This document shows positions 8,325-17,440 of a stretch of DNA of 64,000 nucleotides, one piece after another (position 1 is the first letter of the stretch; every line of letters begins with the position of its first letter). The notes beneath the pieces are model-generated. The model was given only the letters and a program-made list of their open reading frames with translations, was not told the origin of the DNA and made no database searches. The DNA lies in the NCBI GenBank assembly GCA_964397655.1, contig CAYNKA010000003.1, positions 323,890 through 387,889 on the forward strand. Reading direction: 5' to 3'. The position numbers and the translations under genes are program-made. This DNA comes from an uncultured Spirochaetaceae bacterium (GTDB lineage Bacteria; Spirochaetota; Spirochaetia; DTKZ01).

Positions 8325-9614
8325 TTACATCAGCCCGAAGTGCTTCGGAAGGAAAAGAACCGTATCCGGTACGTAGGTGATGACGAACAAGACGACGATC
8401 ATCGCGACGATGGGCCACAGGATTTCCCTCATGATGGCCTTGAGCGGAGTGCCCGAGATCGCCGCGGTTATGAACAGCAGCATGCCGAACGGCGGCGTGG
8501 AGAGCCCCACCATCATATTGAAGGTCACGACGAGGCCGAAGTGGATCAGGTCGACTCCGAGCGAGGTCGCCACGGGAAGAAGGATGGGGACGAATATCAG
8601 CTGAATCGTCGACGTGTCGATGAACATGCCGAGAACGAGAATGACGATGTTCACCAGGAACAGGAAGAAGTTCGGGTCGTGAGAAATGCCGAGGATCCAA
8701 TTGCCGAGCTGGGCCGCGATCTGCTCACGAGCGACGATGTAGGAGATGATGGAGGCGGCGCCGATCATGATGCTGGTGGCCCCGATGTCCTTGACGGAAT
8801 CCGCGAGGACCTGGAAGAACTGCTTGGGGCCGAAGGCCCTGTAGGCGAAGACGGAGATGAGGATGGCGTACATGCCTGCGACTGCACCCGCCTCGGTCGG
8901 CGTCATGACTCCCGAATAGATACCCGCCAAGAGAAGGACCGGAGTGAGGAGCGCGGGCACGGCCTGAAGGGTGAAGGTGATGAACGCCCGGACTCCGATC
9001 CTTTCGCCGCGCGGGTAATTTCGTTTCTTCGAAATGATCGCGATGTAGATCATGAGCGCGATCGCGAGGAGGATCGCGGGGATCATCCCGCCGAGGAAAA
9101 GGGCGCCCACCGAGGTCCCCGAGAGCATGGCGTAGATGACGAGCGGTATGCTCGGGGGAAAAATGGGACCGATGGTCGCCGAGGCGGCGGTGATGGAACA
9201 GGAAAACGGTGAATCGAAACCGGCCTCGTTCATGGCGGCTATCTCGATCTTTCCCAGCCCCGCGGCGTCCGCGATCGCCGATCCCGTCATGCCGGCGAAG
9301 ATGAGCGAGCCCAGCACGTTCACGTGACCCAAGGCACCGCGAAGGCCTCCGCACAGCCCATTGGCGAACTTGAAGATCATGTCGGTCACCTTGCCGGAGT
9401 TCATGACGTTGGCGGTGAAGATGAACAAGGGAACCGCGATGATGACGTAGTTGGTATAGTAGGTATTGACGACCTGGTTGATCACCAGTCCGAGGTCCCC
9501 TCCTTTTATGAGGAAGTACGCCGTGGCGGAGGAGATCATTCCGAGGGCGATGGGCATCCTCAGGAAAAAAATGAGGACGAAAATGATCAAGGAGACCGTT
9601 AACGCGATACTCAT
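8325..9614 (-). CDS. dctM: TRAP transporter large permease subunit
   Basis: 429-aa polytopic membrane protein with DctM-like sequence. Its start overlaps the dctQ stop. Confidence 0.9.
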   Translation of the reverse strand: MSIALTVSLIIFVLIFFLRMPIALGMISSATAYFLIKGGDLGLVINQVVNTYYTNYVIIAVPLFIFTANVMNSGKVTDMIFKFANGLCGGLRGALGHVNVLGSLIFAGMTGSAIADAAGLGKIEIAAMNEAGFDSPFSCSITAASATIGPIFPPSIPLVIYAMLSGTSVGALFLGGMIPAILLAIALMIYIAIISKKRNYPRGERIGVRAFITFTLQAVPALLTPVLLLAGIYSGVMTPTEAGAVAGMYAILISVFAYRAFGPKQFFQVLADSVKDIGATSIMIGAASIISYIVAREQIAAQLGNWILGISHDPNFFLFLVNIVILVLGMFIDTSTIQLIFVPILLPVATSLGVDLIHFGLVVTFNMMVGLSTPPFGMLLFITAAISGTPLKAIMREILWPIVAMIVVLFVITYVPDTVLFLPKHFGLM

Positions 9615-10129
9615 TTGAACACCTCGGCATTCTTGTGATCGGCGCTGTCGCTGATTTTCTTCATCACCACCTTCACGTCTTCGACGATTTCCGGAACGGT
9701 GTATCCGATGATAGAACAGACGAAGTAGACGAAAGGCATGAAAATGTAGGTATAGGAAATGCGGACCGTTCCCGTCATCTGGAAATGCAGGAACAGGGAA
9801 TATTTATAGGAAGGCACGATGAGGGCGAGAAAGGTGACGACGATGATGAGATTGCCCAATACCCGGCTCATCGCCGCCCGACGAGGTTTGAGCTTGTCGT
9901 ACACCAGGGTGAACTTGACGTGTGACGTCCTCCTCATCGTGTAGCTTGCCCCGAACATGACGAGCCACACGAAGGATACGACGATGATTTCCTGGGTCCA
10001 GGTCAGCGGGTGTTTCACCACATAGCGGAAAAAAACCTGAAGAATGAAGGTGACGAACATGATGACGAAGGCAACGATCGGGATGTAAAGTTCGACTACG
10101 TTTCTGAGGAGATACAGGGCTTTTTTCAT
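9611..10129 (-). CDS. dctQ: TRAP transporter small permease subunit
   Basis: 172-aa, 4-TM protein lying between dctP and dctM. This is the typical DctQ position and size. Confidence 0.85.
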   Translation of the reverse strand: MKKALYLLRNVVELYIPIVAFVIMFVTFILQVFFRYVVKHPLTWTQEIIVVSFVWLVMFGASYTMRRTSHVKFTLVYDKLKPRRAAMSRVLGNLIIVVTFLALIVPSYKYSLFLHFQMTGTVRISYTYIFMPFVYFVCSIIGYTVPEIVEDVKVVMKKISDSADHKNAEVFK

Positions 10130-10184
10130 GCGAAGTCCTCTCTAGAAACGAGGGGCCGCCGGAGCGGCGTCCCCTCGTTCGCAA

Positions 10185-11198
10185 TCATTTCGCGGCGGCC
10201 TGGACCTTCTTGAACATTTCCATGTCCCAGGTCTTGGCGAACTTGGAGTTGATGTACTGATCGAGGACGTGCTTGCTGAACGCCTCGATGTCCGCCTCGT
10301 ACACCTTGAGCCCGGCCTTCTTGAAGAACTCGACGAGTTCGGCTTCGGCCTTCAAGTTGGTCTCGTCGCAGTACTTGATCCCAGCCTTCACGCCTTCCAT
10401 GACCCAGCCCTTCTGCTTCTCGGACAGGGACTGCCATTTCTTTTCGTTGATTGCGGGCCAAACGCTGTCGACGAGGTGGTTGGTGATGGTGATGGACTTC
10501 GTGACCTCGAAGAACTTCGCGTTCTTGGTGCTCGGAAGGGGATTGTCCTGTCCGTCGACGGTCTTCGTCTGGAGGGCCATGTAGAGCTCCGAGAAGGAGA
10601 TCGGAGTCGGATTCGCCCCGAGGGCCTTGCCGAGGAAGAGCCAGGAATCGGAGTTCGGCATGCGGAGATTCACGCCCTTGAGATCTTCGGGCGTCTTGAT
10701 CTGCTTGTCCGCGACGAGGTTGATCTGACGGGTGCCGAGGTACTGGGCGCCGAGCGGCCTTATGCCTTGCTCCTTGGCGATGCGTTCGAACACTTCCTTG
10801 CCGACCTCTCCGTTGAGGACCTTCGTCATGTGGTCGTAGCTCCTGAAGATGTAGCCCGCGGTGAACATGGAAACCCAGGGCGAACCGTCGGTGAGCCACG
10901 AAGCGGCCGTGGCGGTGATGTCCGCCTGACCGGACTTGACGGCGGAGACTTCCTGCTCCTGCTTGAAGAGAGAAGCCGAATCGTAGGTGAGCACCTTGAT
11001 GTTGCCCGCGGAATTCTTCTCCACGACTTCCTTGAACACTCTCATCGCCCCGGCATGGGCGTCCTTCGGAACGGCGGTCATGGTGTAGACGAGTTCGACC
11101 GGCTTGTCCGCCGCGGGAGCGGCTTCCTTGGAGCCTCCGGCGAACGCGAGCCCGCCGACGAGAACCGACACGAACAGAATGACAGATAGTTTCTTCAT
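10185..11198 (-). CDS. dctP: TRAP transporter substrate-binding protein (DctP family)
   Basis: Internal ATG at 11198 with an AGGAGGAAT RBS. Signal peptide MKKLSVILFVSVLVGGLAFA. DctP-like periplasmic domain. Confidence 0.9.
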   Translation of the reverse strand: MKKLSVILFVSVLVGGLAFAGGSKEAAPAADKPVELVYTMTAVPKDAHAGAMRVFKEVVEKNSAGNIKVLTYDSASLFKQEQEVSAVKSGQADITATAASWLTDGSPWVSMFTAGYIFRSYDHMTKVLNGEVGKEVFERIAKEQGIRPLGAQYLGTRQINLVADKQIKTPEDLKGVNLRMPNSDSWLFLGKALGANPTPISFSELYMALQTKTVDGQDNPLPSTKNAKFFEVTKSITITNHLVDSVWPAINEKKWQSLSEKQKGWVMEGVKAGIKYCDETNLKAEAELVEFFKKAGLKVYEADIEAFSKHVLDQYINSKFAKTWDMEMFKKVQAAAK

Positions 11199-11268
11199 AG
11201 CTGGATTCCTCCTCTTCGGAATTACTTCATTCGGGCCGGATCGTTTCCGTCCCGAGTCGAGCACGGTT

Positions 11269-12006
11269 TCATGTCGTCGCCTCGATGGTTTCGTGCAGCC
11301 TCTTCATCTCTTCGACGACCTTGACGTTCTGCCGAGAAACATCCAAGTGATCGCGGATCGCGTTCTCCGCCGCGTCGGGATCGCCGGTCCGTATGGCTTC
11401 CAGTACGGACCTGTGCCGCCTGAGACCGTCTTCATTGCCGCCCGGCACCTGAATGCCCTTGCCTATGACGTCGGTGAGCAGCGCCGTCATCGTCCCCACG
11501 AACATGCCGAGCAGCCTGTTCTTGCTGGCGTGCGCTATGGCGATGTGGAAATCGGCGTCCAGGCGAATCCGGACCGGCAGGTCCAGCTTTCGGCTTTCCA
11601 TTTCGGAGAGGATGAGCTGAACCTTCTCCAAGTCCTCCTTGGAGGCGTTCAGGGCCGCCAGCCGGCAGGACGCCACCTCCAGGATGATCCGCATGTTGTA
11701 GACATCGTCGATGCTGATTCCTTCCGTATGGATGATGCGCTGAATCGCGTTCGAGACCGTATCCGATCCGGGCTTCGTGATGTAGGAACCTTCGCCGTTG
11801 CGCAGTTCGATCAAGCCGCGTTCTTTCAGGAGTTTGAGGGCCTCTCGTATCACCGTGCGGCTTACTCCGAATTTGTCGGCGAGTGCCTGCTCGGAAGGGA
11901 GTTTCTCCGCCATTTCGGAATCCGGCTTGATGATCGCGTTCTCGAGGATCTGAGCGATCTGTTCGTACAAATGGGTGCGGTTTATTTTATAGTCGATGGT
12001 CTCCAA
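11269..12006 (-). CDS. GntR family (FadR/FCD subfamily) transcriptional regulator
   Basis: N-terminal wHTH LPSEQALADKFGVSRTVIREALKLLKERGLIE. C-terminal FCD-like helical domain. It is the first gene of the TRAP/aldolase operon. Confidence 0.9.
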   Translation of the reverse strand: METIDYKINRTHLYEQIAQILENAIIKPDSEMAEKLPSEQALADKFGVSRTVIREALKLLKERGLIELRNGEGSYITKPGSDTVSNAIQRIIHTEGISIDDVYNMRIILEVASCRLAALNASKEDLEKVQLILSEMESRKLDLPVRIRLDADFHIAIAHASKNRLLGMFVGTMTALLTDVIGKGIQVPGGNEDGLRRHRSVLEAIRTGDPDAAENAIRDHLDVSRQNVKVVEEMKRLHETIEATT

Positions 12007-12033
12007 CAGGGTCCCTCGTTTCAGAAAATCCGT

Positions 12034-12050
12034 CGCCTGTAGGACAGGCG
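12034..12050. promoter_or_regulatory. Perfect palindrome CGCCTGTaggACAGGCG, candidate GntR autoregulatory operator
   Basis: 7-bp inverted repeat with a TGT...ACA core, about 30 bp upstream of the gntR-family start codon. Confidence 0.4.
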
Positions 12051-12272
12051 TATAGGTACACCATCCACTATCGGCAGCAAAAAGTCAAGCGAGGCGTTTT
12101 CGAGTCAACTGAATCACGCTCCCCCCGGAAAACGTGAACCGAGACACCTCTGAAAGGATTTCCGCTCGAAAGTACTCCTATGAAAACACTGTTCCTATAT
12201 ATGAACATGAGTATAGCACAGCTTCGCGGGCGAGTCAAATATTTTCCTCTGTCAAGCTCCTCGTCCCATGGC

Positions 12273-13643
12273 TCATCTCGACGGCGCCTGAACCGTGAAA
12301 AAACACCCCTCCCTCCCTAAAAACCTGAAAACGCCGTGGAGCCGTTCGGCAAGCGACCTCACCAGAACGAGCCCGAGACCCCGGGGATGCTCGAAGTCGA
12401 AGTCCGGAGGCGGTCCCGCTCCGTCGTCGGAGACCGAAAGCGAGAGACCTTCGATCGATTTCACGAGCTCCACCCTGATGGTTCCCTTCATTGCTCCGGG
12501 GAAGGCGTGCTTCACGGAATTGGTGACGAGTTCGTTCGCAATGAAGCCCCAGATCGTAGCCGCCGCGGCGTCCGTGTAAACTTCGTCGAGTCTCAACTGC
12601 ATCCCGATCACGGCGGTATTCACCGAGTACGATTCGACGACGTTCGCGACTATCGACGAAATATAAGAATCGAGCCTGAGGTCCGAAACGGACTCGTTGC
12701 GGAAGACGAGACCGTACAGGGATACGATCGAATCGATGCGGCCGCGGAGATCCTTGAGGACATCGGCGGTCGTCTGATTTCCCGTACGTTCGATCTCCAT
12801 GTTGACGATGTTCCGGATCAGCGTCATGCCGTCCTTCATTCTGTGGTTGAGGTCGAGGATGAAGGCGTCTTTCTGGTGAAGCGAGTTCTGAACGAGCGCG
12901 TGGAGCCGTTTCTGCTCGGTCACTTCGCGGAGGAAGACGAAAAAGCAGCCGCACCTCGGAAGATAGGATACGTTCGCCTCGAGGTCGATGATCTTCCCGT
13001 CCTTCCGGCGATGACGAGTCTCCATCCGCTCGGAACCGCAGCCCGCGATGCGCGAGAGTCGGGCCTGGAGGGCCGTCGGATTCGTGTTCTCCGAGAGCTC
13101 GGCCACGTTCTTGCCGAGCAGTTCGTCCCTGCCGAAGCCGGAAATGCGGCAGTAGGCGTCGTTCACCTCGAGGATCCTGCCTTCCCGGTCGTGGACCGCG
13201 AATCCTTCCATGGTAGCCTCGATGACTGAACGATAGCGCTCCTCGAGCAGTTTCCGCTCCGTCACGTCGAAGACGGTCGCCGCGATCACTTCCCTTCCGT
13301 CGGAGTCCTCCGGATACAGACGCCTCGCATAGATGACGACGTCCAGGACGCGCCCGTCCTTCCGCAGGAATCTCGTCGTCGCGGAGCCGAGTTCGTCGAG
13401 TTCAGTGAAAGCGTACAGCTCCCGCCCCGCCCGTTCGTATTCTTCGTCGGAAGGATACAAGAGGCGCGAGGACCTCCCTATCAATTCGCCCTCGGAGTAT
13501 CCGACCAGCTTACAGAGGCAAAGGTTCGCTTTCTCGAATTTTCTGTCCACGAGAAGGATGGACGCCGAAGGATTCGCGTCGAAAAGGGTCCTGAACGATG
13601 CCTCGCTCCTGCGAAGCGACGCTTCGATGGTTTTCGCCTTCAC
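12273..13643 (-). CDS. PAS-domain sensor histidine kinase (HisKA_2/HWE-type)
   Basis: Two PAS-like segments, then an H-box LHQKDAFILDLNHRMKDGMTLIRNI (HisKA_2 type), then an ATPase domain with ELVTNSVKHAF...DDGAG. Confidence 0.85.
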   Translation of the reverse strand: MKAKTIEASLRRSEASFRTLFDANPSASILLVDRKFEKANLCLCKLVGYSEGELIGRSSRLLYPSDEEYERAGRELYAFTELDELGSATTRFLRKDGRVLDVVIYARRLYPEDSDGREVIAATVFDVTERKLLEERYRSVIEATMEGFAVHDREGRILEVNDAYCRISGFGRDELLGKNVAELSENTNPTALQARLSRIAGCGSERMETRHRRKDGKIIDLEANVSYLPRCGCFFVFLREVTEQKRLHALVQNSLHQKDAFILDLNHRMKDGMTLIRNIVNMEIERTGNQTTADVLKDLRGRIDSIVSLYGLVFRNESVSDLRLDSYISSIVANVVESYSVNTAVIGMQLRLDEVYTDAAAATIWGFIANELVTNSVKHAFPGAMKGTIRVELVKSIEGLSLSVSDDGAGPPPDFDFEHPRGLGLVLVRSLAERLHGVFRFLGREGCFFTVQAPSR

Positions 13644-13872
13644 CCCGAGCCTCCTCGAATGCGCCGACGTCGGCCCCAGGTCGTTCAGGAAGGATCATAT
13701 TCGTTCTTCCAGAGCCATACCGTGCGCATGGATTCGAAGAAACAAACCGATGTCCACGTTCATTATCGCGAACTGCGCACGAAAAAGCAAATTCGTACCG
13801 AGAGCGAACGCGCGCGGATGGCTCCATCATCTTGCAATTTCACGCGTTTCAACCAAGAATTATCGTTACGGG

Positions 13873-14673
13873 ATGACAGATGAGATGAAGGCTTCGCTCC
13901 GGATCGTCACGATTTATATCGTCACCGCCTCCCTCTGGATCGTTCTATCGGACAAGGCCATCTCCTTCGTCGCCGACGACATCCAGGCCCTAACCTGGTT
14001 CGCGACGGCGAAAGGCCTCGCTTTCGTCGCCGTGACCGCGACCCTTCTATTCCATCTCATCAGGAGGGAACTCGGCGCGAAGAACGCGGTTATCGAGGAG
14101 TTGAAAACGAGCATAAGGCACCGCGAAGAGCTCGCGAACGAACTTCACCACAGGATCAAGAACAACCTTCAGGTCGTGAAGAGCCTCATTTCACTCGAAG
14201 CGGAAGCGGAGGAACGGAAGGACGTCTTGGTGGCCACAGTCCTGGACGATATCCAATCGATAAGCGCGGTATTCGAAATCGTCTACGAAAACCGCTCGAT
14301 GTCGAATATTCCGCTCGATGAAGCCGTGCGTAGGTTCGTGGCCCAGAAACGATCAGGCATTTCCAAACTGGAGATAGAGGCGGACATCCGGGCGGGGATC
14401 GACTACCGGATCGAGACGATGACGTCCATCATCCTGCTGCTGAACGTAGTCATCGACTCGGCGGGGAAGAACGGTATCAACGCACCCAGGATGAGAATCA
14501 CGGCAAGCGATCCGAAGAGAATCGAATTATCCTGCACGAACGTCCGATGCGATGACTGCTTGAACCTCATATCTAAGAACCAGCTGGCGGAAATCTACCT
14601 CCGGTCCTTCGACGGCAGGATGAGTACGTCGAACGGCAGGATCATGATAGACATAGGGAACGGACCCGAATGA
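13873..14673 (+). CDS. Membrane-anchored sensor histidine kinase (HisKA_2 type)
   Basis: Two N-terminal TM helices, H-box ELANELHHRIKNNLQVVKSLISLEA, and a C-terminal HATPase-like region. GC is lower (about 54%) than the flanks. The ORF-track 5' extension overlaps the divergent kinase, so it was trimmed to an internal ATG. Confidence 0.75.
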   Translation: MTDEMKASLRIVTIYIVTASLWIVLSDKAISFVADDIQALTWFATAKGLAFVAVTATLLFHLIRRELGAKNAVIEELKTSIRHREELANELHHRIKNNLQVVKSLISLEAEAEERKDVLVATVLDDIQSISAVFEIVYENRSMSNIPLDEAVRRFVAQKRSGISKLEIEADIRAGIDYRIETMTSIILLLNVVIDSAGKNGINAPRMRITASDPKRIELSCTNVRCDDCLNLISKNQLAEIYLRSFDGRMSTSNGRIMIDIGNGPE

Positions 14674-14745
14674 GCCCGGATTCGCTCAAGGGGGGCCGCG
14701 ATCGTCTCGATATTTAAAGAAGAGACGAATCGGAGGAAAGTACCC

Positions 14746-15018
14746 ATGGTCATGGTCTGCAGAATCAAGGCGTCCCAATTCCGGGAATGGAACAGGCTGA
14801 TCCTCGCTTCCTCGGCCGCGCATCGGGCCGCGGGGCTCACGTTGCTCAACATGTGGAGGACCCAGGAGGATCCGGATAGCGTGTTCTTCATCTTCTCCGT
14901 CCGCGATATGGAAACCGCCAAGTCCTACATCGACGAACCGCACAACGCCGAAGCGTTGGGGCTCCCCGGCCTCTCGGACGGTGAATACCACTTCGTGGAA
15001 AACACCGACGGCTACTGA
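14746..15018 (+). CDS. Small ABM/Dabb-like alpha+beta-barrel protein (hypothetical)
   Basis: RBS GGAGGAAAG 6 nt before the ATG. 90 aa. An intrinsic terminator follows. Confidence 0.55.
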   Translation: MVMVCRIKASQFREWNRLILASSAAHRAAGLTLLNMWRTQEDPDSVFFIFSVRDMETAKSYIDEPHNAEALGLPGLSDGEYHFVENTDGY

Positions 15019-15035
15019 AGGACCCGACGAAGCCG

Positions 15036-15068
15036 CCGCGGGGAGCATCGCCCCGCCGGCTTTTATTT
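15036..15068 (+). terminator. Rho-independent terminator
   Basis: GCGGGG-agcatcg-CCCCGC stem followed by cggcTTTTATTT. Confidence 0.5.
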
Positions 15069-15345
15069 CAATTCAAGTTCTCATTGATAGAGGATGATCG
15101 AGAAATTCGGAAGCAGTTCCGGGACTACCCTCCCTCCGTCACGCGAGCTGTTCCATCCGTTCGTGGTAATCCCCGCCCTGACCGCCAGGCCTTTCACTCC
15201 GGTCGTTATGAACCAATCGGTATTGGTGATCGTCGTGTAGCGGCCTTCCACCTCGTACGCGTAGTTGTCCGTGACGAACCGCGCCAGGAAGCCGAAGACT
15301 CCGGAAGGCCTTCGCCGGAACAGGTAGATTGAAAGGTGGATGCAC

Positions 15346-15684
15346 ATGAATCTGCAACCAACGACGAAGAAGATGGACGAGCAGCGCGTTCTGATCACCC
15401 TGAGCGGACGGCTCGACGTTCTTCGAACTCAAGGCCTCAAAGCCGAATTCAAGAAAAACATCGAACTCGGCATGAATCGCGTCGTCGTCGATCTCGGCAA
15501 CGTCAATTTCATAGACAGCTCGGGAATCTCTTCCCTCGTCTCGCGTCTGAAATACACGCGTGAAGCCGGCGGTTGGTTTCGGATCACCGGCGTTTCCGGC
15601 CAGGTGAAGACCGTACTCGCCATCACGAAACCGGACCGCGTGTTCGAATTCTACCCGGACACCGAGACCGCTCGCGGGGAATGA
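15346..15684 (+). CDS. STAS-domain anti-sigma-factor antagonist (SpoIIAA-like)
   Basis: RBS AGGTGG 7 nt before the second ATG. STAS motif VVVDLGNVNFIDSSGISSLV with the conserved phosphorylatable Ser. Confidence 0.85.
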   Translation: MNLQPTTKKMDEQRVLITLSGRLDVLRTQGLKAEFKKNIELGMNRVVVDLGNVNFIDSSGISSLVSRLKYTREAGGWFRITGVSGQVKTVLAITKPDRVFEFYPDTETARGE

Positions 15685-15967
15685 CGGTAGACCTCATGGC
15701 GAACCGGGATCGGTTTCCTCCCCTTGCCTGCCCCGTCGGCCTCTGAACTCCCCATAACAATTACGCGTCTCATACTGAAGCCCGCTCTGTTCGATTAATC
15801 TTGATTGTTTTAGTCATGATTATTATTTTTTGAATAATGCATCGCTTTGCGTCGAAGGCCTTTCGGGGGAGATCGGAAAGAAAATAACTCATAAAAATAT
15901 CCCAAGCGGCTCGTCCCGAGGGCGACGGCCTCCGAGAGAGGTCGAAAACAAAGGTTGAGGAGGATCT

Positions 15968-17338
15968 ATGAACCGGAAGTTGCTGGCAGCTTCGATGGTG
16001 TTGGCCGTAGGCGTCGTATTCCTTTCCTGCAACGCGGCCTCCGCCTCGGAAGGAGACGCGCCCGCGGTCGCGAACGTCAAGGATCTCAAGGCCGGGATCT
16101 CCGACGGAAAAGTCGTCCTGAGCTGGACCGATCCCGACGACTCGGCCTTCGCCAACGTGGAGATCAGCGGCGACGGGTTCGCGACCCTTACGGCGGGCAA
16201 GGGCGTCCGGACCGCCGCGGTGAACGGCCTCACGAACGGCACCGCCTACGGCTTCATCGTTAAATCCGTCACTTCATCGGGGACGAAGAGCTCAGGCGTT
16301 TCCGTGACGGCGACCCCCTTCGAGAGCGTCTCCGACGCGTACATCTGGTACGGTAACGGCCAGGTCACCTTGAGGTACGGGGATCCGAAAACCGCGGGCT
16401 CGGACAAGGTGGAGATCGCCGGCACCGACGTTCCCGCGTTCACCGTCGCCAACGGAAGCGCGACATGGGGGAGTACGCCGGTTTCGGGACTCGTCGACGG
16501 AAAAAGCTACTCATTCACCATCAGGGTCGTCGACAAGCAGGGCAACAGGGAAACCGCCGGCGTGAGCCTCACGGGGACTCCGGGGCTCTACCTGACCGAA
16601 GGCGGGACGTCCGTTCCGGAGGTCCTCAACCTGGTCGAAGGGAACACCAAGCAGCTCTACGCCAAGAGCGGAGCCTCCACGGTTGGCGCGACCTGGGAGT
16701 CGTCCAACACGTCGGTAGCGACCGTGGATTCCTCGGGACTCGTCACCGGCGTCGCCGGGGGATTGACGAGCGTCAAGGCGACCTACGGGTCCTACGCCAC
16801 GACGGTCGGCGTCGCGGTCTGGCAGTCCGGCGAAACCTCCTACGCCTTCATGACGACCGACGGCGCTCCGGACGCCCGTTATTCCTTCAATCAGGGATAC
16901 CGCATGCAACTGGCCTCGGACATAACCTTCCCCATCAGCGCGACCGCCGTGAAAATATCGGGCTCGGAGCGTTCCAACTTCGGCTTCGATCTCAACAAGA
17001 TCGTGGGCTCGACCACGTACCGAATGCGGTTCGAACTGCGCACGAACGGCCAGTACAGGATACGAAGGCTGGTAGACACGGCGCCGACCGTCCTCGTCCC
17101 CTGGACTTCGCATTCCGCCATCCACACGGGGCTCGACATCGCCAACACGGTGGAGCTCACCCAGGAAACCCCCGGCGTCATCGGGATCGCCGTCAACGGG
17201 ACGACAATTCAAACCGTCACGGACCCGGATTCCGTCGACTACGCGGGAGGCAGCGCCTACGCCCGCGTGGGGCTCGCCACCTCGTATCACCAGGACTATT
17301 CGTCGACCGGGCAGGAAATCGTCCAATTCTCGTACTGA
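15968..17338 (+). CDS. Lipoprotein with Fn3-like and Big_2 (bacterial Ig-like) domains
   Basis: RBS GGAGGA. Signal peptide plus lipobox FLSC. Big_2 signature LVEGNTKQLYAK...SSNTSVATVDSSGLVTGVAGG...VKATY. AT-rich upstream region. Confidence 0.85.
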   Translation: MNRKLLAASMVLAVGVVFLSCNAASASEGDAPAVANVKDLKAGISDGKVVLSWTDPDDSAFANVEISGDGFATLTAGKGVRTAAVNGLTNGTAYGFIVKSVTSSGTKSSGVSVTATPFESVSDAYIWYGNGQVTLRYGDPKTAGSDKVEIAGTDVPAFTVANGSATWGSTPVSGLVDGKSYSFTIRVVDKQGNRETAGVSLTGTPGLYLTEGGTSVPEVLNLVEGNTKQLYAKSGASTVGATWESSNTSVATVDSSGLVTGVAGGLTSVKATYGSYATTVGVAVWQSGETSYAFMTTDGAPDARYSFNQGYRMQLASDITFPISATAVKISGSERSNFGFDLNKIVGSTTYRMRFELRTNGQYRIRRLVDTAPTVLVPWTSHSAIHTGLDIANTVELTQETPGVIGIAVNGTTIQTVTDPDSVDYAGGSAYARVGLATSYHQDYSSTGQEIVQFSY

Positions 17339-17355
17339 CGGCGCGGTATGCGCCG

Positions 17356-17385
17356 CGTCCGGACCGGCCGGCCCCGGTCCGGACG
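17356..17385 (+). terminator. 12-bp-stem hairpin (CGTCCGGACCGG-ccggcc-CCGGTCCGGACG) downstream of the lipoprotein gene
   Basis: Perfect 12-bp stem located 18 nt after the stop codon. No U-tract follows, so it may be a terminator or a stabilising/REP-like element. Confidence 0.4.
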
Positions 17386-17440
17386 ATTCCGGAGCGCCGA
17401 AACTGAGCTGTAGAGAGGTTTCCCGCCCCTTCAAGGCCTC

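Noticed and set aside
13333-13872. 5' extension of the ORF-track ORF 13333-14673, overlapping the divergent kinase gene
   Set aside because: The extension translates to Ser/Arg-rich low-complexity sequence and overlaps the well-supported minus-strand PAS kinase. The TM-containing kinase begins at the internal ATG about 13873.
15081-15398. 105-aa minus-strand ORF in the 327-bp gap between the ABM-like and STAS genes (partly beta-strand-like sequence ...YAYEVEGRYTTITNTDWFITTGVKG...)
   Set aside because: No SD and only moderate GC3 (about 60% against more than 85% for real genes here). It overlaps the STAS start and the predicted terminator region, so it was judged non-coding, though a decayed gene remnant cannot be excluded.
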